DNA of 62,189 nt, the filler included, from Aduncisulcus paluster (Eukaryota): the NCBI GenBank assembly GCA_024181965.1. It is 8 parts of 8 records of this genome, joined end to end, with 100 filler letters (N's around TTAATTAATTAA, not from the genome) between each part and the next. Parts side by side here need not be neighbours in the genome. Positions count along the whole stretch, not along the records: positions 54,700 to 62,189 come from BQXS01011085.1; 7 more parts are not named here. One strand, 5' to 3'. This document shows positions 58,284 through 62,189 of this stretch, piece after piece; position 1 is the stretch's first letter; the number at the start of each line of letters is the position of its first letter. The notes under the pieces were generated by a model. It saw nothing but the letters and a program-made list of their open reading frames with translations, had not been told where the DNA came from and did not search any database. Both the position numbers and the translations under genes were made by a program.

Positions 58284-59308
58284 NNNNNNNNNNNNNNNNN
58301 NNNCACGGAAAACCTTGTCATCACAAAGATCAACAAAACAGACAGGACGAGGAATTCGTCCAGGTATGACCCTAGAATACATTTCCTTGATAAGTTCGAA
58401 TTCTTCACAAACTAGACTTTGATCATATATAAGCTGTAGAAGATATTGGTCCGAATTGAAGTCAATCTTTTTAAACACACAAAAATCATCACTTCCTTTA
58501 AGTTTAACAAGCTGCCATTCGTAATATATTGTTCTATTGAGAATACATTGACAAGAGATTTCTGAAGAATCTCATATCTCTTTTCTTTTGGTATCCATAA
58601 ATTAAAACAAAACTACAGAAATATTCGAGAATTAAAACCACACTAGATGCAAAATCAAATGAGTTTTAAGTAATAATGAATTACAAACCGTGTCTAAGTT
58701 CAAATTTGAGGTATCCCTCAGAATACTTTTATTCTATCTTAATATGACATATATTTCGTGTAAATAAATATAATGGCTTTTTATTTTTCCCAAAAGATAT
58801 TCCATTGTTCTTCATCAATACAAAAATGGAGCTTTCGATTCACTATCTCATGATTATTCAATATACAGTTCACAAATAAAAGTCATCTAAGATTGTTCAA
58901 TACAAATAAAATGTTGTCATATGATGTGAAATTCAATGACATTAATATCTGACGACAAAACGATAAAATTGTTTCCAGAGAGCGAATACAACATAGTTCA
59001 TCATGTGTTTTTAAAATTTATGAAACAACCCCAAATATAACTCTCGAAAGTTATTATTGATGATCGTGAAGATAAATCTATGCTAATATAAAAATTTCAG
59101 CCCCTTTTCTCCTGATTTGGACATTATAACATGCTCAATCATTCTTTGTTTGGCATTATCATTCTCTTGTGTTCTCTGGTTTATTCTTCATTTGGCGAAG
59201 TAATTGAAATTACAGATGAAGACACTCTTTTCTCAATTATGAGCGAGTCTGACACTATTATTAAGGTCTGATTCTCTGACTAATTATTTCCAAGATTGAG
59301 CATTTTGA

Positions 59309-61684
59309 CTATACATATTTCTCAGGTCTTTTTTCAACGGAGCTGGATTTCTTTATAAATTCGTCAATCATCTCCTCCATAGTGAATATGGGTAAATCTT
59401 CCTCGATTCTTGGAATCCTTCCTTCATAAGCAAGAATCCAATCACGAGCTTGTTGTACCGTAATCCTATCTTCAACACTCGCCCTTGTAAGATTGTTGTA
59501 TATTTTGAGAATCAAATCCGCCAAATCCTTTTCAGACTTACGAAGACATTTAAAAGAACCAAGAGATCCTAGATCAAGAATATTGCGCTCTTTCAAATTT
59601 TTCTTAAAGCGTTCCATATTTGACGGCTCAGTGTAAGATCGATGATACAAAACACCACCAGAAAAAACGGAATAAATGGAGAGTCCCAGTGCATAAGCAT
59701 CACTCTTTTGGGAATATTTCTTCTCAAATAGAGCCTCATACGAGTGATATATTCTCGTGCCACACGAATGGACACTTGAAGAAATATCGACAATGGGATC
59801 TGGTACATCAGCCAGTCCAAAGTCAGAAAGAACAATCTCGTGTGAATTATCTGGGTTAACTCGCACCAAAAAGTTCCCCGGCTTAATATCCTTATGGACA
59901 AGGTCAGGGTTATCCTCGAAAATTGTGGCAAGACACATAATCATCCCAATTGCAAGAGCGGCTTTCTTCTTTGAGAAAAAGATACTATCAGCATCAATAT
60001 CGGCTGATTTTTCAATAAGAACATCATTCTTGGAGGAAAGACGACTCTCACAGAAAAATTGTACACTTCCTGCCTGGCAAAACTCCATCAAAAAGCCGAA
60101 AATACGCTTGGAACCGACTGTATAATCAACGATATTAATAGGACGAGGTATACAACTCTGACATTTGGAATATATCTGTTGTTGGCCCCTAAATTCAGTA
60201 ATGCAGTTCTTCACATTGTCACCTCTGAATTTCTTGAAGATATAATGCTTTTCGATTCCCTTGATTTTGACAAGAAACACATCAGCGAACCCACCATTCC
60301 CAATCTTACATTTTGAGTCAACAGGATCAGAAACAGGAAGAGGAGACTCCACAGTCAGACGCATCTCAAGTTCTCTCACTCTCTTTTTAAGGGCTTCATT
60401 TTCCTCCACGACCTTATCATATTTATGCCTACTAACTTCACCACAAGAATGGGATGAAACTCCAGTTCGACTCGAATCTGCACTGTACGTTTTCTCTTGG
60501 CCGAATTCATTGAAATACCTTGCATCTTTAACATATTTATGATCACGGACGTCTTTTGCAAATTGTTTGAGCTGACTCTTTCTATAAACAATGAATTGCC
60601 CAGCTTCACATCCACTCCTAGAAATTCTCATGGCACAATCTTCATCAAAGATATTGAATGTGAAGACTTTGTTTCTATCAAAATATTCAAGTAACCTCCA
60701 GATTACTTCCTTCGAAGGCATTCCACTAGAAGAAATGATTTTACCGTGATATTTCTCCTTTAATTGGACAACAACCTTAGGAGCAGAAATATCTTTCTTT
60801 TGGCTCTCGTATTTTCTTGAAGAAGAAGTTCTTTTGTCACGATGGGAACGGGACGTGGAGCTATTTTCCTCAAATGCCCCTCCATCATCTTCAAACGCCT
60901 GGAATTCAAGTTTATAATTGTCGCAATGAGTTGATGAGGAGTTCCTGCGAATGGAAAACTCTTTGTTTTTCATGTGAAGACATTTTCTAGCTTTCTTGCT
61001 ACTTGCAAATGCAACGTGATAGTCTCCGGCATATGATCCAGTTTTCCGAAAAAATACTTTGAGATTCCCAAACTCCTCACAAAGAAGATAAAATACAACG
61101 TACGCTGGAACCTTCTTCGATGTCGAGACAAGGATTCGTTCCTCGGCTCTAATCTCATCGAGACTCACACAATTGATGGAAATGGAAGATTTTGGGTGGT
61201 AATTCATTACTCTATATGCTAATTCATAATCCAAACGGGTTTTGCAATAATACAAATATTGGGGATATTTATGATCAAAAATTTTCAATTTTTGCGGAGT
61301 TTTCTCCATTTCCACTCCATAACTATTGAGAAAATAGTCACCTGGTTCATCCACCAAAAAAGGAAGACGGATAGCTCGAATGCAAATATTTGAAGAAATT
61401 TCAGAAAAAGCGCGATAATCCTCCTTATTTCTAAAATAATAACATAAGATAACATCACGACATTTACAATCGTGATCAGACGAGGATTTGGAATAAACTA
61501 GCTGATAACATTCCTTAATCTGCTTTAACACAACATTATCCCCTTGCAAATGAATAATAATCGAATCTTCAAAGGTAGTCTTCTTTCTTATGGAAACGGT
61601 CGATGTTCTGAGAAATTTTTTCTTGAGATCCTCAACATCTTCATCTCGCAAACCAACAATAACCAGATACGAATTCTCTTCCAT
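59309..61684 (-). CDS. Ser/Thr protein kinase with an N-terminal alpha/beta (RRM-like) region and a short coiled coil
   Basis: First ATG at 61684. IGNGGFADVFL, IFKK, HKDIKPGNFL, SDFGLA, CGTRIY and SDAYALG. It shares (I/V)PRP and (L/M)MEFC motifs with the adjacent kinase gene. Confidence 0.9.
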   Translation of the reverse strand: MEENSYLVIVGLRDEDVEDLKKKFLRTSTVSIRKKTTFEDSIIIHLQGDNVVLKQIKECYQLVYSKSSSDHDCKCRDVILCYYFRNKEDYRAFSEISSNICIRAIRLPFLVDEPGDYFLNSYGVEMEKTPQKLKIFDHKYPQYLYYCKTRLDYELAYRVMNYHPKSSISINCVSLDEIRAEERILVSTSKKVPAYVVFYLLCEEFGNLKVFFRKTGSYAGDYHVAFASSKKARKCLHMKNKEFSIRRNSSSTHCDNYKLEFQAFEDDGGAFEENSSTSRSHRDKRTSSSRKYESQKKDISAPKVVVQLKEKYHGKIISSSGMPSKEVIWRLLEYFDRNKVFTFNIFDEDCAMRISRSGCEAGQFIVYRKSQLKQFAKDVRDHKYVKDARYFNEFGQEKTYSADSSRTGVSSHSCGEVSRHKYDKVVEENEALKKRVRELEMRLTVESPLPVSDPVDSKCKIGNGGFADVFLVKIKGIEKHYIFKKFRGDNVKNCITEFRGQQQIYSKCQSCIPRPINIVDYTVGSKRIFGFLMEFCQAGSVQFFCESRLSSKNDVLIEKSADIDADSIFFSKKKAALAIGMIMCLATIFEDNPDLVHKDIKPGNFLVRVNPDNSHEIVLSDFGLADVPDPIVDISSSVHSCGTRIYHSYEALFEKKYSQKSDAYALGLSIYSVFSGGVLYHRSYTEPSNMERFKKNLKERNILDLGSLGSFKCLRKSEKDLADLILKIYNNLTRASVEDRITVQQARDWILAYEGRIPRIEEDLPIFTMEEMIDEFIKKSSSVEKRPEKYV

Positions 61685-62008
61685 ATGTTTGAATAAAAAG
61701 AAATTATCTTCAAAAAAGTTACGAACTGACCGAAAATGGAAATAATAGCTCAAAAAGCAAAAGAAAACCTTATTCAAGCGCTTAAAATCATTAATATAAA
61801 TTAATCAATAAAAAAAATAATAAATTTAATTTTATTCACAAAAATAAATACTTTGGGGTATCCTTGGACACTACGCCATAAGAATCAATTCAAAAAAGGA
61901 TATAAAAGAAAGATAACAACTATCGATTAATTTTTTTTGAATTCTAACTCCCAATATCACAAAACAATTTTACATCAGCCAAGAAGTTCAACTTCTTGTA
62001 AGAAGTTC

Positions 62009-62189
62009 TTATTTACAACATCCCTTCTCTTTATCTTTGTCATGTGATTTAATAAAGTCAACAAAACTATCTTCCCCGTCCGATTTTTCTGCCTCTTCTG
62101 CTTCCTTTTCGGTTTTAATTGATAAGGAAATGGTTTCTCTGATTAAAGTAGTAACTGCATCATACAATCCTGTTTCTCCCGTCTCCTTC
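62009..62189 (-). CDS. C-terminus of a probable Rab-like small GTPase, cut by the window edge
   Basis: KETGETGLYDAVTTLIRETI (G5/helix 5-like), a charged hypervariable tail, and a terminal KGCCK* double-Cys prenylation motif. Confidence 0.6.
   Translation of the reverse strand, partial: KETGETGLYDAVTTLIRETISLSIKTEKEAEEAEKSDGEDSFVDFIKSHDKDKEKGCCK

Noticed and set aside
1-62189. Hexamitid-type code (TAA/TAG = Gln), CRISPR arrays, rRNA, operons, or canonical U1/U2/U5/U6 snRNAs
   Set aside because: Conserved genes end at TAA at the expected positions. I saw no repeat-spacer arrays and no rRNA or snRNA signature motifs by eye.

Overview
This is eukaryotic DNA from an AT-rich, intron-poor protist, not a prokaryote. 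The window is eight unrelated contigs joined by artificial 100-nt spacers (N-run + TTAATTAATTAA + N-run), so neighbourhood across spacers has no biological meaning. Internal 20-N gaps are flanked by duplicated sequence that splits or inflates real genes. Conserved genes (CNNM transporter, cathepsin B-like protease, SRP receptor alpha) end at TAA where expected, which fits the standard genetic code. Gene content and GTATGT/GTACGT introns suggest a free-living fornicate metamonad (Carpediemonas-like, e.g. Aduncisulcus); this is my recollection, not a database result. Main observations: (1) an unnamed ~90-aa beta-rich core module occurring 12 times in three proteins on three contigs (fused to a coiled coil plus kinase, behind a myristoylation/palmitoylation signal, and as a stand-alone spliced tandem pair); (2) a cathepsin B-like gene that is an in-frame tandem polyprotein; (3) a spliced CHY zinc-finger gene missed by the ORF track; (4) a lineage-specific kinase family with tandem-kinase and RRM-like fusions; (5) a transposon-rich contig (two hAT, one PIF/Harbinger, a tRNA-derived structured element); (6) a Tim50/Nem1-like phosphatase; (7) a 152-bp bacterial ABC-ATPase fragment that is probably contamination.
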